Under the pieces are notes generated by a model. That model saw nothing but the letters and a program-made list of their open reading frames with translations, did no database searches and was not told the DNA's origin. From Octopus bimaculoides (taxonomy: Eukaryota): a DNA stretch of 64,000 nt. The stretch covers positions 172,505,821-172,569,820 of the forward strand of contig NC_068981.1 in NCBI RefSeq assembly GCF_001194135.2. The letters are read 5' to 3'. Below, in pieces: positions 1-13,272 of this stretch. A program made the translations under genes and the position numbers. The number at the start of each line of letters is the position of its first letter. Positions within the stretch are counted from its first letter, which is position 1.

Positions 1-235
1 ATCTTTCCTTATCTGCTTCCCCTCTGGCTAAATAAACCTGTCGCCTAGCCTCCCTTCTGGCACATTGGTACAATTCCCTGCTACCACCGTTCTTCCAGTC
101 CTTCCAAGCTTGTTTCTTTTGTCTAATAGCCCTGTCTACCTCCTTGTTCCACCACCACGTTACTCTGGGTTGGGAGGGGACCTTACACCACCCACAAATC
201 TGGTCGGTGGCTTTCAACAGGTTGTCCCGCAGAAA
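1..235 (-). mobile_element. RTE-clade LINE ORF fragment (linker between APE endonuclease and RT)
   Basis: Open frame FLRDNLLKATDQICGWCKVPSQPRVTWWWNKEVDRAIRQKKQAWKDWK...YQCARREARRQVYLARGEA, with the typical WWWNxEV motif. Confidence 0.8.
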
Positions 236-359
236 TAGTGTATTTATAATTTTATTTTAAATATAGCAGTAATGTCTATATAAAATGTGTTTTGAATTAA
301 AGCTATATGCATAAATGCTCTCTAATTTGTAGAAGATAAATGTACAATTCAGAATTTAC

Positions 360-445
360 CTTATTGGTTGTTGACAACTTGGTCTTGGTCCTCCACCACT
401 AAAGAATGGGAAATGTCGAGTATCTAGCTTATCTTCAACTGCTGC
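360..445 (-). CDS. STXBP1: STXBP1 exon 14 (86 nt): AAVEDKLDTRHFPFFSGGGPRPSCQQPI
   Basis: Acceptor ttttag, donor gtaaat; EDKLDxxHxP motif. Confidence 0.96.
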
Positions 446-672
446 CTAAAATGATAAAAAACCTTGAAGATAACAAGCCACTCTATACATTAAAATATGC
501 TTAAATGAAAGCAAAGTATGAATCCATTTTGCAGAATCAATTTTACTGACTTGAATAATATATATGATTTTTTTGACCAAATATGTTTCATTTGAAAAGA
601 AAGCTACGATTCCAGTCAGATTCCTATTCCATTTTTATTACACTATTAATATTGAGTATATTGCATGGACAC

Positions 673-1400
673 TGTTATGCCCTTCTTTGAACTCACTGTA
701 TATGTCACTTTATAACGTGGACAAGGTTATAACAATACAAATATAAATCAGAAACAACATGTAACAAACAATATCTCTTCTCAACGACGTCTACGACTGT
801 CTTCACAAGTGCCTGCACACACCACACTGTCACTCACTGACAGTGGGCATGCACCTTTATACAGTTTAGGACAATTGACTTGCTATCCCACAGGTATCAG
901 GATTTCACCACAGCATCTCCCCTTTCATTGGAAGTTAATGTTTTTCTTTTATTTATTATCTTTATTACCACCCCCACCCTTTTTTTTCAATTCCCCGGGA
1001 AGAAATTGGAATATTTTTTTCGTTTTGGGTCTACTTGTAAAAGTTCTGTTTGCATTCTTTTTCTAGTCACTGAACTTGTTGATTTGATTATTTCTTGAGG
1101 TATCAGGACATCAAAAATGTCACAAAGAAATTCCATTGGATCTTCATGTCTTATTCTTTCTTCCATAAACCTTTTTTTCAGTTGGTTTAGGTGTCTCTTG
1201 TGTTCCCATGTATGACCTTTTACTATGTACGTTATTTTTCCTAAACATTTACTTCTTCCCAACTTTCCTTTCTGTTTCTGTATATTTAAAAAAAAAACCT
1301 TGTCACTGATTTTGAAGTATTTCATCTTATTTTCGGTGTTTCTCTCCATTTTTTTCTTTTCTTCCTGGTAGTAATTTGTCAAACACTGACCTGACTTTCC
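673..1400 (-). mobile_element. Ty3/Gypsy LTR retrotransposon 3' remnant: pol tail, polypurine tract and 3' LTR
   Basis: LTR 673-915 bounded by TG...CA with imperfect inverted ends (TGCTGTG / CATAACA); PPT GAAAGGGGAGA at 916-926 directly abutting it; upstream ORF 987..1406 resembles Gypsy pol C-termini (YIVKGxxWEHKRHLNQLKKR...LLQVDPKRKKY). Confidence 0.75.
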
Positions 1401-1454
1401 TGGCAAACAGTTCAGCCAGTGGCATGTGAAAAATAATCAGCCTTTGAAATCACA

Positions 1455-1644
1455 GAGGCAAGTAGCTGAGTACCTTCCGAGCATTGGACCTGATGGAGGC
1501 AAAGTGGCTCGAATGTTGGGCCTCACGGAGGCGAGGTGGCTGAGTTCCTTTCAAGCGTTGGGCCTCATGGAGGCAAAGTGGCCGAGCTGTTGGGCCTCAA
1601 TGGAGGCAAAGTAGCTAAATTCCTTTCAAGTGTTCGGCCTCGTG
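1455..1644 (+). repeat. Tandem minisatellite of alternating long (41-42 bp) and short (32-33 bp) units
   Basis: Five units starting GAGGC at 1455, 1496, 1528, 1570, 1603, sharing GAGGCAAAGTGGC...TTGGGCCTCA. Confidence 0.85.
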
Positions 1645-2148
1645 GAGAATTTATTAAAGAGGTGTTGTGTCTATGGAAAAAAAGTTTAAATGATAAAAAA
1701 AAAAAAAATCAAAATTCAAAATTGACTGACATCTGTTCTTAGAGAAAGAATTGCTTCTACTACATCTTTCATAGAAATTCTTTAATCTGATGATTATTTT
1801 CAGTGCAGAAAACAGTCAAATTTGTATCTGTGAAATAGGAAATTTTAATGCATCATATCAATAGTTTACATTTAGCTAGAGTCAGAGTCAGTACATTTTC
1901 ATCAACTTCAAATTTAGCTTCCAACTCTGATTACACAATCCAATTTGCTCAGCAATGAAAAATTATGTCATTTGTAGGATTCTATCCACACAATCTCCCA
2001 GTCTGTTAAAACATACTCTTATCACCTTTCAACTGAGCTACTGGGATCTTGCTAAGTACTCTACATTGTAGGGTACTGTCAAAGGACAAAACTTCAGATA
2101 CCCGTTTCTTACTAATGACATTATTAAAACCAAAAATACAAAGCATAC

Positions 2149-2262
2149 CTCCATGATATCCTTTATATATGGTGTCCATCTCGACATTTGATAGGTATGA
2201 TCAGCTGTTCTCTCTTTTCGGTTGTTAGTGTGGTAAGGCTGAGCAATCTTTCTTCGCCCTCC
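2149..2262 (-). CDS. STXBP1: STXBP1 exon 13 (114 nt): GGRRKIAQPYHTNNRKERTADHTYQMSRWTPYIKDIME
   Basis: Acceptor ttttag, donor gtatgc; RKER...TYQxSRWTPxxKDIME motif; phase 0 joins exon 12 across a 20.7-kb intron. Confidence 0.97.
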
Positions 2263-5200
2263 CTAAAAATAAAATATAAGATCCAGTTGATTAGCTTTCC
2301 TTGACTTGAGAGAAATAAGCAGTTTATGCTGCAGAAACCTGAAGATAGAAAAGGTCTACTGGGAATAGTGATAAGCCTAATAATCATTTTCATTAGTAAA
2401 TTATATTAGTTTGTATAAATTTTCATTTATTATTTTTTAAATTCTCGTAATACAAGGAACTGGTATCATGTTTTAGTTGTACGTGCTACATTTTAAGGAT
2501 ATTCTGTTGACAATAAAGACAGGGTGGCAATAACTACAATAAAAATCAAATGATAATTTGATCATTTACTTGTATACCATACACCTCTACTAAACAAAGA
2601 GCTACTGATTCTTTTGAACATGTTATATTTAAATGTTGCAATGTTTTCTACTACACACCTTCAGTCTCTCAGACAGAATCATTGTGATTTTGGTCAGAAA
2701 ATAATGCATTTTTAATCATATCTGACAATACAGATTAGTATTTTATACTGACATCTTAAATTTTAAATATAATCAATGACAACACCTTTGTTAACTAAAT
2801 TTAGATAATATCTAAATCTATCAAATAGACTATTGTATATAACATAGGAAGGGAATAAAATTTAACACTAAGAGATTATATAACCAATCCCACCAGAAAA
2901 CATAAATTTTAATAAAATATTTTTCATAAGTCTTACAACTGGAGTTGCTACTACTTGATGTCTTTGCTATCAAATTTTCAGTTCCAGCTAAAAAGCTTCA
3001 CATTTATATAAGAAATAATTTTTCCTAAATAATTTTTTGATTTATAAAAGTTTTACAGCCTGCTCCTAGAACACAATATAGTTCATGGTAAATAGTTATG
3101 GAATCCAGTCAAATTTCTGAAATTGTACTTTTGAAATTGTTGCAAATGACACAGACTGAAGTATCAGTTTGTTATATAAAAAAAAATAAAAAATCCATAA
3201 ATGTCTGATAAATATATAAAGAAACTTTTTAAAATAGAGTAAAAGAATTTTTAAAAAATAATAGTCTAAAAGTTATGTAAATTTTACTCCAGTGTTTTAT
3301 AACAATGTGAACCAACAGATAATTTAAACATTGGTGTGTGTGCTACTTAAGCTCCTGCAATGTAAATGAGAATTTGGGTAGATCATAAAATCATCAGTTT
3401 GTACAGTTAACTAGAAACATTTCATTAATCTGTATACAACAGAATGTAATAGTTCATACTATATAAATGTTCATTCCTATAGTTACAGAGACTGAACTAA
3501 CATAAGTATCATAAAATTTGCCAGGATATCTTAAATTGTTTTGAAGAGAGAAAAGTTAAAGGATTAAAATAGTCTATCACTTCAGGAAAGTGTAATAAAA
3601 CTCTATGGTATTTCTATGTATTGCTGAATTATCTAAAACCTTCTGAATACATTATATAAATTATTCTCATGTTAATTAGGAAAGAAAATAATTAAATATG
3701 GGTTTGATATAAGCTGTGAATATTTTTTAGAAAACTTATATCAATAAAATATTTTACAACATAAATAAATTATTAAATGCTGCAGTTAACCTACATAAGA
3801 TGCTAAATACTTGTCTATAAATAAATAAATCTAACAAAAACTCTGTAATTAGTCTTTGAGAGGCAGTAATGACTAAGTATGGCTAATATTTAATCCAATA
3901 GTAGTTTGTAGCTATTTTATAGTAATGGTGATATTACCAAAGTATATTTAAAATCTGTATCACTGTTAGATTGGTAGAACATTTGAAGCATGCAAAGCAA
4001 CAACATATTTATGAAGAAAGATAAAATCAAAATAAAATGAATTATATCTATCATACACAGTGGAAGTAAAAAAAAAAAAGCTTAAAAGGAATATGATGAA
4101 AATAAAAATAAATTTAAAATTTAAAGTAAAAAAATTGTCCAGTAGTCTTTTTTTTTTTTTAGTAATGAAAAATGGCATGTCCAAACTAGCTACTTTATAT
4201 ATTGACAAAAGCATAAATCAGTTGGTAATAATCCAGTCATGCAATAACTTTTTTTTTCTTTTTGTAATGTGAGAAGTTTACTAGCTGATAACATAACTGC
4301 CTTCTAAATGGTAAAGTAGAAATGTTCTTTATTTCCATTGAAAACGATTTCAAGTGCTAAGGTAAGAACTACTTAGAAATTGAAATGAAAATCATGGAAT
4401 ATATTATAAACCTGTACAATATTCAGTTGGTGTGTGGCATTTATTTGAAAACATGACTGCAGGGTATCTTGACAGATTTTATTATTTTTTTTTTTTTCAA
4501 GTTAAGATAAAACTTCATTACTAACCAATCCTACTGGGGTCAATTGTTATTTAGACAATAATATTCTTGTATCATATTAGAGAAGCACAAAGCTTTAAAA
4601 AAATAAATAAAAGTAGTAGATACATGTTTAATATCTATCACATACACTTGATATTGAATTAAATTTTTCTTTTGGCTTCATTTCTCTAAAAGTTATCCTC
4701 TAAAAATATTTTGAGCAATCAGCAATGAATATCCTGACTAATACCAGAAATTATTATCATTGGAACTAGATTAAAATAATATAGCAAACTGACTTAATTT
4801 TTCTTTGTGAAATTTGTTTCATTTTCTTATTCATTATGACTAGGACATTATTAAAAGGCTTCATTTAGCACAGTGTTTCTCAATGTTCCACCTTAGGTTC
4901 CTACCTTAAGAACATCAGTTTTACACTAAATCATCCCACTTAGAAAATTGAAAATTAAGAAAGTTAAAAATTAAGAAATTAATAAGAAAACATTTTTATT
5001 TCAGCAAAACATACCCAACATAGAATTTGCATAATTTTCTTTTTTTATTATTTACAATTCTAGTGAACTGAAATTGTGTCTATTTCAATATAGTTGGAAA
5101 TTATAAGAATCTATGGTTGTTAGACCAGAGTGAAAACATTTAGTTGTGTATAATTTTTAAAATTCTAATATAGAAATTAAGATTTTTGGAAAATATCAAA

Positions 5201-7789
5201 TTCTTCACTGTGATGGGTAAAGTGAGAGAGTGTATTGAGAAACACTGCTTTGGCAAGTTCGATGGTTTTGGATAATGGCATGCAAAAAATAGTCAATATC
5301 ATTTTAGGAAGAAAAAAAAAATATTGCATACAAGTAAAAATCCTTTTTAAGTCAAAAGAGAATATAAAAAGAAAAATGAAGGAGATATGAATTGGTTTTG
5401 TTGATGTGGAATAATTAACAGCTTCAAAATATGATTAAATCAATTTTCAAACAGGGAGCAACAAATATGATGATCGTGAAATATAAGTATTAAGGGACAA
5501 GAAATTTGACAAATAGTACATAAATGAATACCTTAAAAACTACATAAAGCCTTAAGTTCCAAATATCATCATTTTATGTCTATTTTTCCAAGCTGGCATG
5601 GACTGAATAAGTTTGCAAAATAATATCTTTCCATGTTTCTTGTAGCTATGATATCTATGAGTGCTACCATCATCTGCTCAGACTCAACTACTTGTAACCA
5701 GCGCTTTGGTTTATCTGTAACTCAGGTGCATTTTACCATCAGACTATATCATTTTTATATTATACACACCATCCACTTACAAGCCTGAACTTGTTGAGTT
5801 AGTACTCCTGCTCACAATCAATGTCTGATGTTTAGTAACTTTCTATATTCATGTACTCAACCCTTCCAGTAACATTTCACATGTAGCAAACTTGTTCCTC
5901 TGCAATTTCTGCAGAACTTGAACAATAATTACATCTGCTTAACTGCCATAGGTCACAATATATATCATGTTTTGTACCTTGTATTGGGAGAGAAAAGTTG
6001 TCATGAACTGACTGTAAAATATCTGCCATCTCTATCAAATCATAACCAACATGGAATCAGTAGCTTTCTTCTACCATGTTTAAGCGTTTAATATTTGATA
6101 CTGATTTCATGTTTATTGTATTCATAAGTGCCATTAATGACATATCTTTTATAGTTGGTTGCTATTCAGTACTTAAAAAAAAGTTGAAGATGACAAAGAT
6201 AACTGCAGTCATGTGATACCATAAGGTTTGCCTATCAGTTTCAAATTGTACACACCACAAATACAAAGATTTCAATCTAGAAAAAATTAAATGTCAAAGA
6301 AAATAAAAATCAACAAAACAAGACAAATTAAAAGGAGAATAAAAAAGCGTCTAAATGCAATTTTCATGACTCCAATTTAATGTCCAATACAATTTAAAAA
6401 AGCTAACATCAAATTAACAAAAAAAAAAAATTCTAGAATGGTGTTGACAGTCGTACCTGGATAAAAAAAAAATACATTCTCTATATGCATACATAGGATG
6501 TATACATTTACCTCTTTCTCACATGTACATAGAGACACATTTAAAAGCAAATCACAGAGGTTTATTGAAAGGGAATGACATTATCTGGGGTGACAACTGT
6601 GATAGCATCAACAACAGGAAATTAAGTTATCCAAGTTACTATAAATATTGCAAATAAAGAAAAATAGTATATTGATCTATACAGAGAATAAATTTGGGTC
6701 AAACTAAAGAAACAAAGAAAACATGAAAGAAAGAAAGAAAACATGAAATAAACAAAAAGGAAGAGATAATAAACTGAAGTTTGATGCAGTGTTAGAGCAG
6801 TAACCGTATTATATGTCAAGTAGTTTCCTATTTCCAACATTGCATTCAATCTATCATGTATGAGATTAATTCTACAAGAAATAATATTGACACTTTATCA
6901 TTAAATTTACTTCTTGTGGTAAATATTTATGATGAATATCAGCCATCAAAAAAATATTAAAAAATTTCAAAAAGAATATATTTTTGTAGTTACTTGATTC
7001 TACTTAAGCATATACATAAGATGTATGTTTGAGTGTCAAAGTTAATGCTTTACAATGGAAGTGGAGGGGATCAGATAGTTCAACCAGTAATGAAATTTAA
7101 AACAATAGTAAATTTTATTTGAAAGTAATAACTTTAAAATAAAAGTTAATCAGACTACATTAGCTTCACTGATGCCAAACCAGGAAAATTATTCACATAA
7201 CTAATATTAGGTTTTGGTAGATATATTAAAAAATTGGGAAAATTGGAAAAAAATAGCCAAAGTTAAAGATCAGTTATCTTAAAATATACAAAACCTATAT
7301 GCTTTTAAATATAGCCTCTTAACTCTTTCATATTTAAGTAACTTAATAAGCTCATATATAAAACTACCATTAAGTAAGAAAATTGACCTGTATGTGCATG
7401 TGTGAGTGTGTGTACACCCGAGACAGAACAAATGAAAGAAATTTAAATATATGAAGAAGAAAGAATTGTGATTTGTTTTAATCAGTAATAACAGTTGCAA
7501 CCAGATTTTACTCTAACTGTATCCTCAAATCTTGAAAAGGAAATACAATTTAAAAGAAAAAAAAAAAGACAAAAAGAGGGGTGAGTTGTCATGGTTGAAA
7601 TGTATCTTGTCATGGGTTTGACTGACATGGCTAAACATAAGGCTAAAAAAAGAAAACAACTCTGAAATTATGAATAATAAAAGGCAAAGTTGACTCCTGG
7701 TAAGATTTGAACTCCACAATGTAACTACATCCTGAAAATTTAATGAGTCTGGCACTCATGTATTGTTTCTACCACCCAATAATAATAAT

Positions 7790-7925
7790 TTTCAATATAG
7801 ACACAACACCACAAATTTGGAAGAGGGCACATTTGGTCAAACTGACACAAGTACTTGACTGGTACATATTTTATTGACCAAGAAAGATGAAAGATAAAGT
7901 TGATCTCAAAAGATTTGAACAAAGA
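7790..7925 (-). mobile_element. Degenerate SINE of the family arrayed at 11.5-12.6 kb
   Basis: Reverse complement shares aataaaatangtaccagtcaagtac and the (TAT)n tail. Confidence 0.55.
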
Positions 7926-10900
7926 AACCAAACTAAATATCACAAGTCATTTAATCCATCACTCTACTGGTATCATATTTCAAATAAAACATAGTTAAAG
8001 ACTAAATATATTCTATTACAAATGACATACTTGCTGAAAGTAATATTTATAATTGAGTTTTCATTGAAATAAACTGGAATATGCCCCTGCCCCCAAACAA
8101 TAAAACAATTTCCTTAATAAAAAAGCTTAGCAAATATATATTTTGAACTGGTAAATCTTCATCTGCACTGTTTATTGTCTTACTTATTAATAATGGTAAT
8201 CCATCCCAGGTAAAGAGTAAGCCTCTAACTGGTCTATCAATTCATTGAAATAACAACTAAATCTTATCCAAATCAAATTATAAAGAGCACATTGGATAAT
8301 ATATTCCTAGATACACTTTGTTTAAAAATCAAAATACAAGAATGGTCATAACTGAGATGTCTAATTATAGATTTGTCTGCTCTACAATGCCTGGGGGTAT
8401 ACAATAGCATATGCAATCAATTAAAGGCTAACCTAGGAATACAAATAAAAATTATTTCAAAAGAAAATATAGGAATTCAAGCTGAAGTTGAAGAGGAACT
8501 GCAACTATAATACTTTTAAAAACTCATAAAATTAATCATTTTGCTCTTTTAAGTTTTCATAAAATAGCTCAATAGAAGAAAGAGTAAGATTCTTGTGTTT
8601 TGATGTGTTCAATTCAGATTTAGTTGCATGCTTACAATCATAAATGTTATTAGAAAATATAAAAATGTTCAAAGTTGCCTTATTTGTCATCCAGCTATAT
8701 CAGCAGAGAAACATCTAAAGGATGTGAAAATACAAAGTTATGATGTTCAAGGGGATGTAGGTTTTTATCTTTCCATAGTTTATATAATTTTTCAATAGTA
8801 CATTTTTATAGCAGCTTATAGAAACAAATGAAAAAAAAAATGAAAGCAAGATACTTGAGGAAATTTCAAAACAATCTTAAGTGTTTGCTTGCCAGTCATT
8901 CCAGATTTGAAATGGAATTTATAAACAGATTATCTTTGGGATAAACTGATAAAGGAACTTTTTCCAACAGCAATCAGAAGTTTACCTGAAAATCAAAATA
9001 TTTTTACTATTTCATTAAAAAATAGCAAATCATAATGTCAAATGGTAAGAGTAATTTTTTTTTTGTGTATATGTACATGTTTTGTTTTTAAAGTGTTTTG
9101 GGGGTTGCATCAGTCAATTTCATCCCAAACATGCAAAACTTAATTCTTTGATCAGACAAATGGGCTGAAGGAAAGACTCACTTGAAGCAAAAATTTACAA
9201 ATCAGTATGGATTCAAAACCAATATTTGATTTAAGAAATCAATAATAGTAATGCAATATTCAATATTTTTTTCATAAAGATCTGATGAAATCTCTCTGAT
9301 TGTTGACAAGATAAACTGGAATAAAAAGAACCAGAATATATTGTATTAATTAAAGGGGAAAAAATTGAATTCAACTCAAGGAAATATTTAAATATTCAAT
9401 GAAACAAAATTTGTTTTACTACTTCATAAAAGTAGAAACTCTGAAGTAGAGTAGACTTTTAAAAGTTGAACTTTTAAAAGTAAATATTTGGTTAAAGAGT
9501 GAATATTCAATTCAGTGTTGAATTAATACAGCTTCCACTTCTGGTTGTTGACAAGATGAAGCATGATATCCTAAGGCTTAAATATCAAATTATGATAGGG
9601 AACAATAAAACAAAATTGAAAACATCACTTTCATGTATATAGCTGAAGGAGTAGTTTTCTGGACATTTAATTGGAAATGTTAAATTGGTAAACAAATATT
9701 CATGAAATAGTTCATTTTCATTAGAAGTAACTAAAAGAACAGCAGTCAACACACATAATCAGCTTACAATCAATGGAAACAGTTTAAATAGATAATCAGC
9801 CCCAGAAAAGGAAAAGATATACCCTAAATTTACATATACTTCACAAGCATCCACATACTATACATGATTCTTACTCAGGTTAGAAACGAACTTGAAAAGA
9901 CAGCCCAATTAAGAAAAAAAAAAAAAGAAAGAAATTATGAACATTTGAACATTTCAGTAATAGCATAACCTTTCACCATGGTAAAACAGTTAGAAGGAAA
10001 ATGCACATAACGCACTTTAAAAATACAATTTCTTAGAGCACTACTGCTATATTGACTAAAAGTATGTTTACAAAATGCCAAATCATAAAATTAAGAATAA
10101 TTCTCAATAGAAATAAAGTTAATATTATTTTTCTATCTAAAAAAAATATTGTATAGTTTATATTTTTATCCTCAATATTCTAGCATAGTATAAAAAAATA
10201 GGCAGAAAGCAAAATGAGATGGTGTCATATGAATACATAGTTGTTTCAAAAGATTAGGAAAAGGGAACATTTTGTACAGGTCTTCCGCTACACATACTTA
10301 AGACTTAAAATGCAATGCACAGAAATAAAAATACACAAATATAATTGGTATCATAAAATCCTGAAGTTTAAATAAAAGCTGTAGCATGAAGATGTGGCCC
10401 AATAGAAGAATTAAGTAGCACAAAAATGACATTGGCACAAAAAAAGAAGCACAAATATCACACACTTTTTAATTGATGACATTTATAGATAAGTTTCCAT
10501 CTTGGCTGCTGATGCTATCCCAGCATGCCCCAGCATTTTGTTCAGTTTGAGGACAAGGAAGAGCGGTAAGAAAATCCAGCCACTAAGAAAGTGATAAAAC
10601 GACAGCAATGCCAGGAATAGAAAACTTGAGCCTCACCTGCTGGCATGGTGTATTGGATTGGAAAGTTCCATAGCTAGAGACTTCTTGTAAAATGTTGGTA
10701 TAATTTTTTACCAGACCCTGTTGTATTGCATGCAAAGAACAGAGACACTAGATGAAGCACTGTCAGAAATATGGACAATCAGAATGCAATACTTAATATA
10801 TATGGATCCGACAGAGACACACATATACACAGATGGAGTGACAGCAAGCTGAATATTTGGTGGTGCCAACAATAAATAAAAGATAGCAAATAAATAATGA

Positions 10901-11534
10901 TTCAATAGTTAGCAAGAAGCAAAGTTTGAGCTAGAATATTGATTTCATAACTAAGAGGTACAGTATATATTTAGTAGATCACTAAACAAAGTTCATACAA
11001 AGGCACAGTGTCACAAGACTGATATCTTAAACCAATAAACAAATATAAAATGTTTAAACCTGTACTAAAATGAGAATGTTAACACATTTTAAAATTAATT
11101 CTATAGCAATTTATAGTATCTGAATTTTGTAAGTGATAATTAGGAAAATAGTTAGCATGTGTGTATGTGTATATAATTTAGGCTTGTCCACTGGCCTGTT
11201 ATTCTGGCATTTACAAGGCATGCAGCTGCTTCTTCAGACAAGTCCAAATGGGTAGAAAGACACATATCATCAATACAGTGGCAGAAGTAGGACAGAAAAT
11301 GTGCAAAGATAATAAAAACAACACAAATAAAATGCAAATGGGCGCCCAAGAAGAAAAGAGAGGCAGGAGAAGGGAATGATTCAAGATGTGTACATAAACA
11401 TGCATACATGCACACACATTCACAGGCTAACATATTCACATACACATAAACACCAGTTAATCTCTCTTTATCTGTTCAGAGATCATTGGTATAGCAGGAT
11501 AATTATAAGGCCTGGAAACATTATTATTATTATT

Positions 11535-12600
11535 AAGGCAATAAGTTGGCAGAATTGTCAGCACATCAGACAAAATGCTTAGTGGCATTTCTTCCAGCTT
11601 TATGTTCTGAGTTCAAATGCTGCCAAAGTTGACTTTGCCTTTTATCCTCTCAGGATTAATAAAATAAGTACCAGTCAAGCATTGGGATTGATATAATTGG
11701 CTACCCTCCCCCACCCATAATTTCAGGCCTTGTGCCTATATTACAAAGAATTATTATTATCATCATTACTATTAAAGTGGTCATTAGCACATCAGACAAA
11801 ATGCTTAGCATTTCTTGTAACTTTTTACATGCTGAGTTCAAATGCAGCTGAGGTCAATGTTGTTTCTTATTCTTTCAGGGTAGATAAAATAAGCTACCAG
11901 TCAAGTACTGGGCTGATGTAATCGACTACCTACTCTCCCTAAAAATTGCTGGCCTTGTGCCAAAAATTTAAAACAATTATTATAATTATTATTATTTTAC
12001 TTTCATTATTATTCAGTCAGGATCATTAGCGCATCAAACAGAATGCTTTGCTGTATTTGTTCCAACTTTCTTTGTTCTTAGTTTAAATTTTGGCAAGGAC
12101 AACTTCGGCTTTCATCCTTTCAAAAGGTAGCAATCCAAGATGGTGGATTGGCAGAACTCTAAGAATATCAGACCAGGATGATGATGATGATGATGCTGCT
12201 GCTGCTTTGGGGAATTTGTTCTGGTTCTTTATGTTCTGAGTTCAAATTCGGACATGAACTACTTGGATGGTAAATTTAACTTATCACCCAATTTAACACC
12301 TCCATCACTACTACCTGACACCTTGGGTGCTTTTAGTGGAGTTGACTGTCACAAGCATTTGGGCCAGGTTTCCAATTTGAGGATGCCTTCCTCCCTTCCT
12401 TCCACTAGTGTTGAAGGTTCTATAACGAGTCATGAACACTGCCTTCTCTCCCGACTAAAAGATTAAAAACAAAAGCTTCTTTTGGGTCAGTAAAATAAAG
12501 TACTAGTCATGTACTGGGAATTAATATAATTAACCAATTCTGCCCCTCAAAATTGTTGGCCTTGTACCTAAATTAGAAATTATTATTCTCATTATTGTAA
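11535..12600 (+). mobile_element. Head-to-tail array of about four tRNA-derived SINEs (about 11535-11762, 11775-11995, 12015-12125, 12130-12600 with an insert at about 12290-12470)
   Basis: Repeated agcacatcagacaaaatgcttag...ttctgagttcaaat (B-box-like)...aataagtaccagtca...ggccttgtgcc followed by (TAT)n tails. Confidence 0.75.
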
Positions 12601-13229
12601 CTACCAATGTCTCATTTGGCAATGACTACCACAGCTGTTTATTATCAGTGTCCCTTCCAACTGATTTATGATTTTATTTGTTTTTACCTTTAGATGATCC
12701 AAGACCTTTGCTTGGCTATCTCTGACTGGCAACCCCTTTCATTCTGTTGTTTCAACAATCTATGAACAGATAATAAGAGGCAGACAAGTGTCTGTATATG
12801 AGATTGTGTATGTAGATTTGTTGAATCATTCCCTTTTCCCCTCTCTCCTTCCACAACTTGTATACATTTTTTCTGCACACTATTTCTACCATAGCAGTGA
12901 TGAGGCAATGTCTCTTCACTAGTTCAGACTTAAGAAAGCAGCTGCATACCATGGAGAAATTTTAGAGTAACAGCCACTAGACTGCCCTAAATAAAACTAC
13001 TGCACTCTGTGTATTTATTGAGTACAAACATATGCACACACACACACCCACACACAGATTTCTTCATGAAGATCATTGAAAATATTAATTCAAACAAGAA
13101 TGTAGATGATCTTCATAAAAATATATATTTAAGTAATTTACAACTCAACTATATTAAAAACTGTTTTGAAGAAGTAAAATGTAATTTTTTTATTTTTTGA
13201 GACCTCAATGTAGAAAGCTAAAAAGAATA

Positions 13230-13272
13230 TCTATATGTATATATATATCTATATATATATATATATATATAT
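13230..13272. repeat. (AT)n microsatellite
   Basis: Direct reading. Confidence 0.9.

Noticed and set aside
987-1406. 139-aa ORF as a host gene
   Set aside because: It sits directly upstream of a PPT and LTR and resembles a Gypsy pol C-terminus.
1455-1644. Repeat array superficially like CRISPR
   Set aside because: Eukaryotic intron, no unique spacers, no cas genes; the units are diverged tandem copies of RTE-derived sequence.
10546-10565. Plus-strand microexon-like motif (ttcag|TTTGAGGACAAGGAAGAGCG|gtaaga)
   Set aside because: No partner exons or promoter for a nested + gene were found; isolated splice-like motifs are expected by chance.
11152-11445. ORF containing STHLDLSEE, resembling Munc18 STHLHLAED (possible duplicated exon)
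   Set aside because: Similarity is limited to a few residues, there are no matching splice sites, and the segment is an arm of a repeat pair.
12688-12759. 72-nt pseudo-exon with AG/GT borders on the - strand
   Set aside because: Gives IVETTE then stop in phase 0, overlaps a repeat arm, and has no protein similarity.
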